A DNA stretch of 64,000 nucleotides from an uncultured cyanobacterium (GCA_963793425.1 CAWCAG010000005.1:416001-480000); one strand, 5' to 3'; numbered from the stretch's first letter, positions 42,373 through 52,585 are shown. Notes: generated by a model from the sequence alone, not told the origin. Numbers and translations: made by a program.

Positions 42373-45129
42373 CTAAAATTCAGGAGAAGATGAAGCAGAG
42401 TTGTTTTTATCTGCCAAGAAAATAAAAACAGTATTATTCAGTCCTTTTTCAAAACGCAAACTCTGTGCTAATTCAGAATTTTTTTCCTTAGTCATATAAG
42501 TATAGGGAGAGGTCATTTTTTCTTCTAGTTTTTCTTTGTTTAAAGTCTCCACCATTTTGTAACCTCGACCTTGCAATATTTCAGTGAGTATTTTAACTGT
42601 GTTTTGCTCTTTTTCAATAAATAAAACTTCTTTGTGGGTATTTTCCTGAGTTATAAGAAAACTGATTTCATCTAAGAGTTCTTCAGCATTAATTGGTTTA
42701 TTTAAGTAGCGTTCCACGCCAATTTTATACCCTCGTTCTTTCTTTTCTACAATAGAAAGAATAATAATGGGAATATCAAAAGATCGTGGGTCGTTTTTCA
42801 ATACTGCTGCTGCATCTAAACCATTCATTTGCGGCATCATCACATCCATAATAATCAAATCAGGTTTATTCTCTTTAACTTGATTAATTGCTTGCCAACC
42901 ATCTTCAGCTTGGCGAATTGTATAACCTTGTGGCTGTAGTTGTTGAGTAAGAAGTTCGCGAATACTAGAATCATCATCTACTACAAGAATTGATTTTGGA
43001 GTATGATTTTTATTGAGCAATTTTGGTTTAATGGGATAACTCAATTCAGTAACAAGGTTATTTGAATTTGATTTTTGAGCAGAAGCAGGTTTATGTAAAG
43101 GAATTGGTAGAGAGAAGCTGAAAGTACTACCTTGATTTAGTTCACTTTCCAACCAAATTTTACCGCTGTGATGTTCAACTATTTGTTTACAAATAGGCAA
43201 TCCTAAGCCTGTGCCTTGGGGTTTGTCTGTCAAAGTATCTCCTAGCTGTTGGAAGCGTTGAAATACTTTATCTTGATGCTCTAAAGCAATTCCTGTTCCT
43301 GTATCTATAATCTGAAAAATTATCTGTCCTTCTTCTTGATAAGCTTGGCAAGTTACAGAACCTTCCTCTGTGAATTTAATAGCGTTGGAAAGCAGATTAA
43401 TAAGAACTTGAATTAAGCGATCACGATCACCAATTATTTCTGGAAGTTCTGGATTGATTTTTTCAATGATTTGCAAACCCTTTTGTTCAAAAAGCGCTGA
43501 AGTCGAGGCGATCGCCCTTTGAGCAATATTCTGAATAGAGACAGTTTCTTCTTTCCACTCAACTTTACCTGCCTCCATTTTAGCTAAATCTAACACATCA
43601 TTAATTAAGGCAGTAAGTCTTTCTCCTTCGGTGACAATAATATTAAGATTATTCTTGACTTGTTTGATGGCTCTGGTGGTTTTATTCTCCTCAGTATTAG
43701 TAGCGGGGAAAATAACTTCTTCTAGCTTCTTTTTGATTAACTTAGTAAAACCTAATACAGAAGTAAGGGGAGTTCTTAATTCATGAGAAACGGTAGAAAT
43801 AAAGTCGGTTTTAAGTCTGTCTACTTCTGTTAAACGCTTGTTTTCTTTCTGGAGAAACTTGTATAAATCAACTATTTCCTCATTAGCTTCAGCAAGTTCT
43901 TCTGTACGCTTCTCTACCCTAATTTCTAACTCCTCATTTAGCCTTTTCAAAGCCGCTTCAGTTTCTTTTCGTTTAGTGATATTGCTCAAAAAAATTGATA
44001 ATCCTTCTTTGTGAGGATAGGCACGTACTTCTAACCATTGTTGAAGAGAAGCAAAGTACTGCTCAAAGGTAACAAGTTTACCCTTTTTAACTGCATTGTA
44101 ATACTTCTTTTGAAATGGTGGCTCTGATGCTTCTGGAAAGACTTGCCAGAAACTAAGGCTTGTTAAGGCGGCTGTTTCTTGAGATAAAAGCTGACTAGCT
44201 TGGGGATTAAGATAGGTGATATTCCAATGAGAGTCTAAAGCCAGAAAAGCATCAGTAATACTTTCTAAAATTTTGATGGTTTTACGATTTGCTCGAACAA
44301 GTTTATCTATTATAATGTAAGCCAAACAAGCAAAAATAGTTAAAGATAAAACATAAGCGATTAAACTATAAATATTAGTTGTTTCTATTGCTTTTTGATA
44401 ATAATTACTGTAAGTTTTTTCTAATTCTTCACTTAACTCTGCACTAGGAAGAGCCAGGATTTTTGCAGTAAGCCTATTAACTTTAGGCTTGTTGACAAGA
44501 ATAGCTTGACTTTGAGAAATTGCAGTAGCAATCAATTCATTTTCTTTCTCTGGGTAGCTATCTTTCAAACGGTCAAGTACTTCTAGCTGGTTGGCAATGT
44601 TGAGGTATTGTTTTTCATCTCCTTGGAAATTATTAACAACAATTTTGTAGAACAAATCATCAAGAAGTAACTGTAAAGGTTTACTTTGAATTGTGATCGG
44701 AGACTCTTCTAACTCAGTAATAATAGTTGGCAATTCTTCTAAAGAATCTCGAAGCAGAGCATTTTTGCTTTGAAAGTCTTTTACTAAAAGAGCCTTCTGT
44801 TGCATCACTTCTTCTCTTTCTCTTAAAATAGCTCTAAGTTCATCTTGTCCTTCAGCTTCGATAAAGCTAGGAACTTTGAGTAGCTTATTTTGTAGTTCTT
44901 GCTGTACTTGTAAACGCTTTTGAAAAGTCTGGTGGGAAGCTAACAGTTCGTACCTAGCTTTGAGAATATCTTGATTAAAGGTAGCATCTTTTTCTTTCTG
45001 GGCAATCAAAGCATCACGATAGCGATAATGTTCTCCAACATTGATAGCTCCACTCTTAGCAATAACTACGATAATTAATGCTACAGAACTTGTAGCAGTC
45101 AAAATGCTGAGTATTTTTGCAATTCTCAT
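42373..45129 (-). CDS. Membrane hybrid histidine kinase (helical DAHL-like sensor, PAS, HisKA, HATPase, REC)
   Basis: TM - all-helical periplasmic domain (NQDILKARYELL, FQSKNALLRDSL) - TM, PAS (LESITDAF), [12 protein letters not shown] (MDVMMP). Confidence 0.88.
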   Translation of the reverse strand: MRIAKILSILTATSSVALIIVVIAKSGAINVGEHYRYRDALIAQKEKDATFNQDILKARYELLASHQTFQKRLQVQQELQNKLLKVPSFIEAEGQDELRAILREREEVMQQKALLVKDFQSKNALLRDSLEELPTIITELEESPITIQSKPLQLLLDDLFYKIVVNNFQGDEKQYLNIANQLEVLDRLKDSYPEKENELIATAISQSQAILVNKPKVNRLTAKILALPSAELSEELEKTYSNYYQKAIETTNIYSLIAYVLSLTIFACLAYIIIDKLVRANRKTIKILESITDAFLALDSHWNITYLNPQASQLLSQETAALTSLSFWQVFPEASEPPFQKKYYNAVKKGKLVTFEQYFASLQQWLEVRAYPHKEGLSIFLSNITKRKETEAALKRLNEELEIRVEKRTEELAEANEEIVDLYKFLQKENKRLTEVDRLKTDFISTVSHELRTPLTSVLGFTKLIKKKLEEVIFPATNTEENKTTRAIKQVKNNLNIIVTEGERLTALINDVLDLAKMEAGKVEWKEETVSIQNIAQRAIASTSALFEQKGLQIIEKINPELPEIIGDRDRLIQVLINLLSNAIKFTEEGSVTCQAYQEEGQIIFQIIDTGTGIALEHQDKVFQRFQQLGDTLTDKPQGTGLGLPICKQIVEHHSGKIWLESELNQGSTFSFSLPIPLHKPASAQKSNSNNLVTELSYPIKPKLLNKNHTPKSILVVDDDSSIRELLTQQLQPQGYTIRQAEDGWQAINQVKENKPDLIIMDVMMPQMNGLDAAAVLKNDPRSFDIPIIILSIVEKKERGYKIGVERYLNKPINAEELLDEISFLITQENTHKEVLFIEKEQNTVKILTEILQGRGYKMVETLNKEKLEEKMTSPYTYMTKEKNSELAQSLRFEKGLNNTVFIFLADKNNSASSSPEF

Positions 45130-45277
45130 CCAAAAACTTCCTAGTTGCTGTTCCACAAACCAATTAAGGGACTTGCAGTGCAAGTTCCTTAATGAAGTTA
45201 GTAGATGACAACCTAGTTAAACCAATCATAAAAATTAGATTAGAGGAAAGGATCTAGCTTGAGGATGATATAATATA

Positions 45278-45949
45278 TTACCAAGGCAAAACTTCCCCTT
45301 TTGCGTGCCAGAAAGTACCTGTGTTCTCTAAATTTAATTCCTTGATTCTCTGTAACAAACCGGCGGCTGCTTCTGAGGCTGGTATGCCTTGGTTTCCGGT
45401 CATATCAGTACTAACCAAACCAGGATGTAAAATTGCGACAGCAATACCTTGGGGCTTAAGATCCAAAGACAAAGATTTCCCTGCCATAGAAACAGCAACT
45501 TTGGACATACGATAACCATAGGAACCCCCAGAAGTGTTATCTTCTATAGAACCCATGCGACTAGTAACAATGCCAATTTTGGAACCAGAGTGAAGATTGG
45601 GCAACAAAGCTTGAGTTACTCGCAAAGCCCCAAGAGAATTGGTTTTAAATTGTTGCATCATCCCGTCAAAGTTGAGGTCATTAAGAGTGCTTCTTGACCA
45701 AATTCCGGCGTTATTAATGAGAATATCTAGGGATTTTCCTTGCAAGCGTTGGGCTAAATCAGCAACAGAGGAAGCCTCGCCGATATCAACTCCTGTTTCT
45801 ACTTGTACTCCTAAGCTATCAAGTCGAGATGAACTTTGACGACAAGCAGCAATAACTTCCCCCCCTGATTCTTTCGCTTGTTTAGCTAATTCGTAACCGA
45901 TACCGCGATTTGCCCCTGTGATTAAATAGGTAGTCATTTTATTTATCAT
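45278..45949 (-). CDS. Short-chain dehydrogenase (CsgA-like)
   Basis: TGANRGIG, NNAGI, YRMSK, LHPG. Confidence 0.93.
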   Translation of the reverse strand: MINKMTTYLITGANRGIGYELAKQAKESGGEVIAACRQSSSRLDSLGVQVETGVDIGEASSVADLAQRLQGKSLDILINNAGIWSRSTLNDLNFDGMMQQFKTNSLGALRVTQALLPNLHSGSKIGIVTSRMGSIEDNTSGGSYGYRMSKVAVSMAGKSLSLDLKPQGIAVAILHPGLVSTDMTGNQGIPASEAAAGLLQRIKELNLENTGTFWHAKGEVLPW

Positions 45950-46719
45950 TTAACATTTAACATTTCGTTCAAGTTTATAACTTGTTTTGGCTGAGGTTGG
46001 ATTATCTTAGTGTTGAGGTTGTTTTTTGTAAGCATTTCTTGAAACTTTTCTAGGCTACCTTGAGAACTTAATAAAGAAACCAGTAGCCCTTGATAACTTA
46101 CCTCTTTGGCATCAGCAGTCGGTAAAATAAATTTTGGTTGTAACCATTTTGATACTTGCAAAGCGCTTTCTTGCCCTTTAATAATCGGTCCAACTAAGGG
46201 CAAAGCTAAACTAACCAAAGGAGTAATCACCACATCTACTGGGGCTAGGTTTTTGATTTCTGGGTCATGGTTGCCGTGGGGTTCGTAGTATAAACTTTGC
46301 TTAGTGGTCAAATCCTTGAGTATGTAACCATTTTCTTTTAAAGTTGGCCCAATAGGGGAACCAGGTACAGCTTTGACTTCAACTTGATCAGCGAAGGTGA
46401 AACTTTCCCCATGTTCCAAGGTGGTAATTTGGCTATAACCTAATTCCTGAACAACCTTAGCCGCATTAGGGGAAGCAACTACAGGAATATCATGGTCTAA
46501 TTGCTTTAAAGTTGGGGGATGGGCATGATCTTCCAAACCTTGAGAAAGGAGAATCAGATCAATAGATTCAGGAATCTCTAAAGCTTGGGGGCGTTTGCCT
46601 TCAAATAACCAAGGTGAGTTAGCAAACACTAAAGAATCTACTAACCAAGGGTCAAGTAGAATATTTTGTTTACCTATGTTTAAAATCCAGGAGTTATTAT
46701 CTAACCAAGTAACTTGCAT
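45946..46719 (-). CDS. MBL-fold metallo-hydrolase
   Basis: LLDPWL, SQGLEDHAH, YYEPHG. Confidence 0.88.
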   Translation of the reverse strand: MQVTWLDNNSWILNIGKQNILLDPWLVDSLVFANSPWLFEGKRPQALEIPESIDLILLSQGLEDHAHPPTLKQLDHDIPVVASPNAAKVVQELGYSQITTLEHGESFTFADQVEVKAVPGSPIGPTLKENGYILKDLTTKQSLYYEPHGNHDPEIKNLAPVDVVITPLVSLALPLVGPIIKGQESALQVSKWLQPKFILPTADAKEVSYQGLLVSLLSSQGSLEKFQEMLTKNNLNTKIIQPQPKQVINLNEMLNVK

Positions 46720-46784
46720 AAAAATTTATCTTTAACTTCTGCCCTTATTTTAATAATCTTTAACAATAAACAACTCCTTTCCCC

Positions 46785-47399
46785 ATGAATCTAGACTCAG
46801 AAATTCGTCGCTTACTGGATTTAATGCCTGCATCAGGACGGATGAACACCAAAATCGTTAATAAGCCTCAACAGAGTAAGGTACTTGTGACAGACTTTCC
46901 CTATCCTTGGAAGCGAGGAAATCGCCCTATTTATATCAACTTCGATTTGTGGAAACTTTTACCCGCCGGGGCAAGGGATTTATTACTTTTGAGAACAATT
47001 AGTTGGTTAACTGGGGTCAAATGGTTTAAGCCAGATTTATACCAAGGAATTGTGCTTTTAGGGGCTGTGGATGGTGTTATTGAACTAACTCAAGGAGATG
47101 CTTTAGGGTTTTTGGTAGCAGGAGGTTTAGGTGCATTAGCAGCTAGTCAAATTTGGCAACGCAATCGTAGTTCCCAAAAGGATATTGATGCCGATGAAGC
47201 AGCAATTAAAGTTGCCCAAAGAAGAGGCTATAGTCGTACAGAAGCTGCAGCCAATTTATTAAAAGCAATTGAAGAGGTGGCTAAAATAGAAGGCCGTTCC
47301 AGCTTAAGTTTTTCTGAATTAATTCGCACCCAAAACCTCCGCACTATCGCCAATATATCTACAGTAGGCGTACCGAAATCAGTTATCAATGATGCCTAA
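46785..47399 (+). CDS. DUF3318 family membrane protein
   Basis: EIRRLLDLMPASGRM...INFDLW...ADEAAIKVAQRRGY. Confidence 0.82.
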   Translation: MNLDSEIRRLLDLMPASGRMNTKIVNKPQQSKVLVTDFPYPWKRGNRPIYINFDLWKLLPAGARDLLLLRTISWLTGVKWFKPDLYQGIVLLGAVDGVIELTQGDALGFLVAGGLGALAASQIWQRNRSSQKDIDADEAAIKVAQRRGYSRTEAAANLLKAIEEVAKIEGRSSLSFSELIRTQNLRTIANISTVGVPKSVINDA

Positions 47400-47419
47400 C
47401 GGCAACGGCAAGCCGTACA
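47389..47419 (+). repeat. 31-bp dispersed repeat, type A copy 1
   Basis: ATGATGCCTAACGGCAACGGCAAGCCGTACA; 30/31 identical to 50015-50045. Confidence 0.85.
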
Positions 47420-47437
47420 TTGATAACTGACCATCGA

Positions 47438-48469
47438 TCATTGATCATTGAAAAGATACCATTTTACAGTTTTCCTCAGCCCTTCTTCAATAGTTACAGA
47501 AGGAGTCCAGCCTAGTTCTGTTTTGATTTTACTTGAGTCTATTGCATAGCGGCGATCGTGTCCTGGTCTATCTTTGACGAAACTAATTAAATTGTGGGCG
47601 GGGCTAACCGGTAAATCAGTGGCTAACTCATCCATTAACTGACAAATAACTTTAACTAAATCAATATTTTTAACTTCATTGTTACCGCCAATGTTATAAA
47701 CTTCTCCTGGTTTGCCTCGATGAATAACTCGATCTAAAGCTTGACAATGATCCAAAACATAAAGCCAGTCTCTAACATTTTGCCCGTCTCCATACACTGG
47801 CAAAGGTTTACCTTGGAGGATATTTGTACAGATAAGAGGAATTAACTTTTCAGGGAATTGGTAGGGGCCATAATTATTGGAACAGTTGGTAATTATAGTT
47901 GGTAGGTTGTAGGTATGGTAGTAGGAACGGACAAGGTGATCACTGCCCGCTTTTGAGGCTGAGTAAGGGCTATTGGGGGCATAGGGAGTAGTTTCTTGAA
48001 AAGGAGGATCTTCAGGACTTAAGCTGCCGTAAACTTCATCGGTGGAGACATGAAGGAAAAGTGCTGGAGATTCTGGTTGGTAGTAGTGGCGAAAGGCTTC
48101 GAGGAGGGTAAAAGTGCCAAGGAGATTAGTTTGGATGAAGGCATCGGGACTTACAATAGAACGGTCAACGTGGGATTCTGCTGCGAAGTGGGCGAGGATA
48201 TCAATATTTTCTGCTTTGAGAAGATTATCTACTAAAGGGCGATCGCAGATATTCCCTTTAACGAAGCGAAAATTTTCTTTCTCTTGCCAAGCTTTGAGGT
48301 TATCTAAGTTTCCTGCATAGCTAAGGGCATCAAGTACAACAACCCGATCTTGAGGATAGTTATCACACCAATGATGGACAAAATTAGTACCAATAAATCC
48401 CGCCCCTCCCGTAATTAATAAACGGCGTGGTTTTCTTGAGGAAAGATTTTTGTTTGAAGCAGTATTCAT
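47438..48469 (-). CDS. rfbB: dTDP-glucose 4,6-dehydratase
   Basis: [39 protein letters not shown]. Confidence 0.96.
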   Translation of the reverse strand: MNTASNKNLSSRKPRRLLITGGAGFIGTNFVHHWCDNYPQDRVVVLDALSYAGNLDNLKAWQEKENFRFVKGNICDRPLVDNLLKAENIDILAHFAAESHVDRSIVSPDAFIQTNLLGTFTLLEAFRHYYQPESPALFLHVSTDEVYGSLSPEDPPFQETTPYAPNSPYSASKAGSDHLVRSYYHTYNLPTIITNCSNNYGPYQFPEKLIPLICTNILQGKPLPVYGDGQNVRDWLYVLDHCQALDRVIHRGKPGEVYNIGGNNEVKNIDLVKVICQLMDELATDLPVSPAHNLISFVKDRPGHDRRYAIDSSKIKTELGWTPSVTIEEGLRKTVKWYLFNDQ

Positions 48470-49092
48470 GAAGCAACTATTTAAAAGTCAAAAATATTAT
48501 TTCATGTAGCGAACGGAATAAGCAGATTGTTAGAAGTGTGAGTAATTCTGGCAAGAAAACTAGAAAGCTATTTCCTTGGTAGTTGTTGCGATCGCAATAA
48601 ATATGCAGCAATCTTATTTGAAATCTAAACCCAGAATGAAGCTTGTCAATACTGCAATTTTGGATTTTTGTCAAAAAAACTTTGAAAGTCACCTCAAAAT
48701 TAGTCACTTCAGTCTTCTTCTTGGTAAGGGGTTTTGAGGCAAAAAAGCTACTTAATTAACGATTTGTCGAGGTTGTAGAGATTGTGTTTTATTTTTGAAC
48801 ATAAGTATAGTAGTATGACTTTTTTGATTATCCCATAAAACTACGCAAATGCGTCATTTGCAGCAATTTTTTACTCTTGACATTTTTTAAGTTGAAGTTA
48901 TGTAAATTCAGAATATTTGATGTAGAAGTCAGCTTGTCTAAATAATTACTTATATTTGCTGGTTGCATCTTTCTTTCTTGAAGTGATATTATGTATATGG
49001 TGGAAAAGGTGTGCGCTTAAAAACCGTTTTCCAAAGCAAGTATTTAAGAGATTAGCAACTAGCAACACTGAATACCTTGATGGATATTTTTG

Positions 49093-49992
49093 TTAGGAAT
49101 TATTGTTGCTTCCTTGAAGCTCTTCATGCTGAAGCAAAAGCAAACAAAACAGACCAAACGCCAATATAGATAGCCCTCCGAAAATCAAAGAACCACCTTC
49201 TATATGCCAGTAAGTAAAGGCTTTTTGATGGCGGGAAGCAACTAAAGCTGCCAAGAAAGCAACCCTAACTCCGTTAATAGCGAATCCTAATAGAATAGCA
49301 GCCATTAAAACTAAGATTCTTTTAGTCCAATTAGCTAAGGGAAACATGAACAAGAAAATCACGGCTAAGCCAAAAAGGTAAAGCATACTTTCCAAGCCTG
49401 AACAGTCTTGCAGTACGGTTATGCCTCCGGCAGGGAGAATGATTTTCTCTTCTTGAATTGAGACATCAAAACCTAAATACATAAGAAGCAAAGAAGAAAA
49501 CTTGGCAACGATGGCAGAAGGATCTATTAAAGGATAAATTAAGACTTTAATACCAAGAATGAAAAGGATAATCAGTGCTTGCCAGTACTGTTTTAAGCCC
49601 CTGAAACCAGAAGCAAGTAAGCCAATGGCTAAACAACCTATCAGAGGTAAAAGTCTTAGCGGCAACAGGTATTGAGGAAAAGAAGGTAAGAAGTTAATAT
49701 CTGTCGCTGTTGCACTTCTCCAAAGGAATAAAGTAATTAATATTCCTCCTACAACGCTAGGAATAATTGTAGTTTCTCTTTGCCAGTTATGGCGTTTTTC
49801 CCAAAGAAGAGAAAAGACTGCTGTACCAAAAATAAGACTCATACCCAAGTGAGAAAAATCCTTGATTCTCCAAATTAAGCTTAAATAAATAGCGGTTAAG
49901 GCTACGACTAAGGCAAGCAGCCAAAAAGAAGGAATTTTAAATGGTTTAGCAAAAGAAAGCAAAAGGCTTTTCATATCCATAAAAATTTTCAC
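49093..49992 (-). CDS. crtA: Cyanoexosortase A
   Basis: Multi-TM protein with the exosortase triad DCSG (Cys), NGVRV (Arg), YWH (His); SGFRGLKQYW family motif. Confidence 0.88.
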   Translation of the reverse strand: MKIFMDMKSLLLSFAKPFKIPSFWLLALVVALTAIYLSLIWRIKDFSHLGMSLIFGTAVFSLLWEKRHNWQRETTIIPSVVGGILITLFLWRSATATDINFLPSFPQYLLPLRLLPLIGCLAIGLLASGFRGLKQYWQALIILFILGIKVLIYPLIDPSAIVAKFSSLLLMYLGFDVSIQEEKIILPAGGITVLQDCSGLESMLYLFGLAVIFLFMFPLANWTKRILVLMAAILLGFAINGVRVAFLAALVASRHQKAFTYWHIEGGSLIFGGLSILAFGLFCLLLLQHEELQGSNNNS

Positions 49993-50014
49993 AAGCTAAA
50001 CTAATAATTGATTG

Positions 50015-50045
50015 ATGATGCCTAACGGCAACAGCAAGCCGTACA
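50015..50045 (+). repeat. 31-bp dispersed repeat, type A copy 2
   Basis: ATGATGCCTAACGGCAACAGCAAGCCGTACA. Confidence 0.85.
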
Positions 50046-50062
50046 CTGATCATTGATAACCG

Positions 50063-51655
50063 ATGACTCCTAAACCCCACCAAGCCTTAGTCGAAGAAAT
50101 TGATTTGATGATTCGGGCGCGGTATCCTTTAATTTATATAGTAGCGGTAGAAGAAGAACCTGTAGAAGAAGTCCTTGATGCTGTTGCGGCACAATCTCAG
50201 CCATCGCGCAAGCTTTTATTGTGGGATTTGGTTAGGGGTTGGAGTGATAATGGTTCTGATAAGGGTTCTGTTATGGCTGCCCTGGGACGCATTCGTAAAG
50301 TTTCTAGCCAGGAAGCAACTATTTTTGTACTAAGGGATCTACACTATATTTTGCAGAATCCTGGTTTAGATCGTAATGCCCCAGTTGTCAGGGAAATTAA
50401 GAATCTCACCAAAGAATTGAAACGTGATCGCAAAACTTTAATTCTTACTAGTCATACTTTAGAAGTTCCCCCTGAATTTAGCGAAGAAGCGACGGTAATT
50501 GATTTTCCTTTACCTAATGTTGAAGAAATCGATTATTTAATTACTCAGTTAGTTGTTCCTGATAAGTTGAAAATAGCTGGGTTGGCTAAAGAACAGTTGG
50601 TAAAAGCTTGTCAAGGGTTAAGTCGCACCCGCATTTGCCGTGTCTTAGCTAAAGGCTTAGCCGCCAAACAGCAGGTAGATGAGTCGGATATTGATGGGGT
50701 TTTGGCACAGAAAAAACAAGCTGTGCGGCAAACGGGTATCTTAGAATTTTATAACACCCAAGAATCCCTCAAATCTGTAGGAGGATTGGAAAACCTCAAA
50801 CAATGGGTGAGAATGCGCCAAGATGCTTTTACCGAACAAGCAAGGCGTTATGGCATTCCTAACCCTAAAGGTATCTTACTTGTGGGTATCCAAGGTACAG
50901 GAAAATCTCTCTCCGCCAAAACTATTGCCCATGAATGGCGCTTGCCTCTATTGCGCTTAGATACAGGACGCTTATTTGGTGGTATCGTGGGGCAAAGTGA
51001 AGCCAGTGTGCGACGCATGATAGCAATTTCTGAAGCTATGGCTCCTTGTGTGCTGTGGATTGATGAAATTGATAAAGCTTTTGGTAATATAACCAGCGGT
51101 ATAGATGGCGACTCTGGGACAACCCGCCGTGTATTTGGTAGCTTAATTACTTGGATGCAAGAGAAAACAGCCCCAGTATTTATTGTTGCCACAGCCAATA
51201 ATGTCCGCATCTTACCAGCAGAATTATTGCGTAAGGGGCGCTTCGACGAAATCTTTTTCTTAAACCTACCTACAGAAAAAGAAAGAGAAGATATTTTCCG
51301 AGTTCACCTACAACCGCTGCGCCCTAGCCGTTTGCGAGAATTCGATCTCAACAAGTTGGCGAAATTAGCCCAAGATTTTAGTGGTGCAGAAATTGAACAA
51401 GTAATTGTTGATGGTATGCACAATGCCTTTGGGAGTATTATTGATGGGCAAAGAAGAGATTTTAATACCGAAGATATCCTCAAAGCCATTGACGAAACTG
51501 TCCCCTTGGCGGCGATCGCCCGTCAACAAATTGAAGATTTAAAACATTGGGCAGCAGAAGCTGGGGCAAGGACGGCTTCTCAGGATACTCAATTAATAGA
51601 AGAGTTAAAAAGATTCAGCATTCAACGCGGAATTGGCCCTTTAGAAGTTGATTGA
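50063..51655 (+). CDS. ycf46: Ycf46-family AAA+ ATPase
   Basis: IRARYPLIYI, VGGLENLKQW, GIQGTGKS, WIDEIDK, LRKGRFDEIFF. Confidence 0.92.
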   Translation: MTPKPHQALVEEIDLMIRARYPLIYIVAVEEEPVEEVLDAVAAQSQPSRKLLLWDLVRGWSDNGSDKGSVMAALGRIRKVSSQEATIFVLRDLHYILQNPGLDRNAPVVREIKNLTKELKRDRKTLILTSHTLEVPPEFSEEATVIDFPLPNVEEIDYLITQLVVPDKLKIAGLAKEQLVKACQGLSRTRICRVLAKGLAAKQQVDESDIDGVLAQKKQAVRQTGILEFYNTQESLKSVGGLENLKQWVRMRQDAFTEQARRYGIPNPKGILLVGIQGTGKSLSAKTIAHEWRLPLLRLDTGRLFGGIVGQSEASVRRMIAISEAMAPCVLWIDEIDKAFGNITSGIDGDSGTTRRVFGSLITWMQEKTAPVFIVATANNVRILPAELLRKGRFDEIFFLNLPTEKEREDIFRVHLQPLRPSRLREFDLNKLAKLAQDFSGAEIEQVIVDGMHNAFGSIIDGQRRDFNTEDILKAIDETVPLAAIARQQIEDLKHWAAEAGARTASQDTQLIEELKRFSIQRGIGPLEVD

Positions 51656-51695
51656 TTAGCAAAAAGTCTAGAATAGGAAAGGAGGTTTCTAACTT

Positions 51696-52103
51696 ATGTC
51701 ACATTTTACAGCAATTAAAACAGAAATTCGCGACGTTGATGCCTTGGTGAAATCCTTAGATGATGTTGGTTTCAACCAAGTAGAAGTACATCAAGAAGCA
51801 CAAAACCTTTATGGTTATCAAGGAGATGTGCGAGAACAAACCGCAGAAATTGTTATTCGCCGCCAGTATATTGGACAAGCGAGTAATGATATCGGTTTCA
51901 AACAGCAAAGCGATCATACTTTTGAAGCGATTATTTCTGAGTATGATCGCAGCAAGTATTCTCAAAATTGGTTAAACGAATTAACCCAGCGTTACGGCTA
52001 TCATACTCTGATGGCAACTGCCCCAACACAAGGTTTTGCTATTGAAGAAGAAGAAACCTTAGAAGATGGCACGATTAGAGTTGTTGTTGCTAAGTGGATG
52101 TAA
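51696..52103 (+). CDS. DUF1257 (Ycf35-like) protein, copy 1
   Basis: MSHFTAIKTEI, GYQG, DIGF, QRYGY; AAAGGAGG RBS. Confidence 0.85.
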   Translation: MSHFTAIKTEIRDVDALVKSLDDVGFNQVEVHQEAQNLYGYQGDVREQTAEIVIRRQYIGQASNDIGFKQQSDHTFEAIISEYDRSKYSQNWLNELTQRYGYHTLMATAPTQGFAIEEEETLEDGTIRVVVAKWM

Positions 52104-52131
52104 AGGGAGATAGGGAGGTGGGAAGAGGACT

Positions 52132-52159
52132 ATTAGCCATTAGCCACTAGCCATTAGCT
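52132..52159. repeat. Heptamer tandem repeat (STRR-like)
   Basis: ATTAGCC ATTAGCC ACTAGCC ATTAGCT. Confidence 0.75.
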
Positions 52160-52198
52160 AAAATGTTCAATGTTTAACAACAAATGATAAATGAAATT

Positions 52199-52573
52199 AT
52201 GTCTCACTTTACTACTATTAAAGTTGAAATTAAAAACGGCGAAATTCTGCACCAAGTCTTGCAAGAATGTGGCTATCAAGTGGAATCTCAAACTAACGTA
52301 CGGGGTTATCAAGGTAATACCACAGAAGCAGAATATGTCATTCGTCAAAGTAATGGTTATGATTTAGGTTTTCGCCGTAACGGTGAAAACTATGAAATCG
52401 TTGCTGATTTTTGGGGTGCAAAGATTAATCAGCGTGATTTTATTAATAAAATTAGCCAAAAATATGCCCATAAAACCCTAATGCAATCTGTGCAAGAACA
52501 AGGTTTTGACATAGAAACAGAGGAAATTTTAGATGATGGTACTGTTAGAGTAGTTGTTGGTACTTGGACTTGA
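52199..52573 (+). CDS. DUF1257 (Ycf35-like) protein, copy 2
   Basis: MSHFTTIKVEI, VRGYQG, NGYDLGF, YEIVADFWG, QKYA. Start moved to ATG 52199. Confidence 0.88.
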   Translation: MSHFTTIKVEIKNGEILHQVLQECGYQVESQTNVRGYQGNTTEAEYVIRQSNGYDLGFRRNGENYEIVADFWGAKINQRDFINKISQKYAHKTLMQSVQEQGFDIETEEILDDGTVRVVVGTWT

Positions 52574-52585
52574 AATCATTAATTA

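Noticed and set aside
48477..48707. 76-aa ORF upstream of rfbB
   Set aside because: No motif or RBS; composition looks like AT-rich intergenic DNA.
48797..48808. LexA-box-like GAACATAAGTAT
   Set aside because: Imperfect match in very AT-rich DNA, with no SOS-type gene adjacent.
47389..50045. 31-bp repeats as CRISPR repeats or prophage att sites
   Set aside because: Only two copies 2.6 kb apart, with no integrase, tRNA or phage genes; kept only as dispersed repeats.
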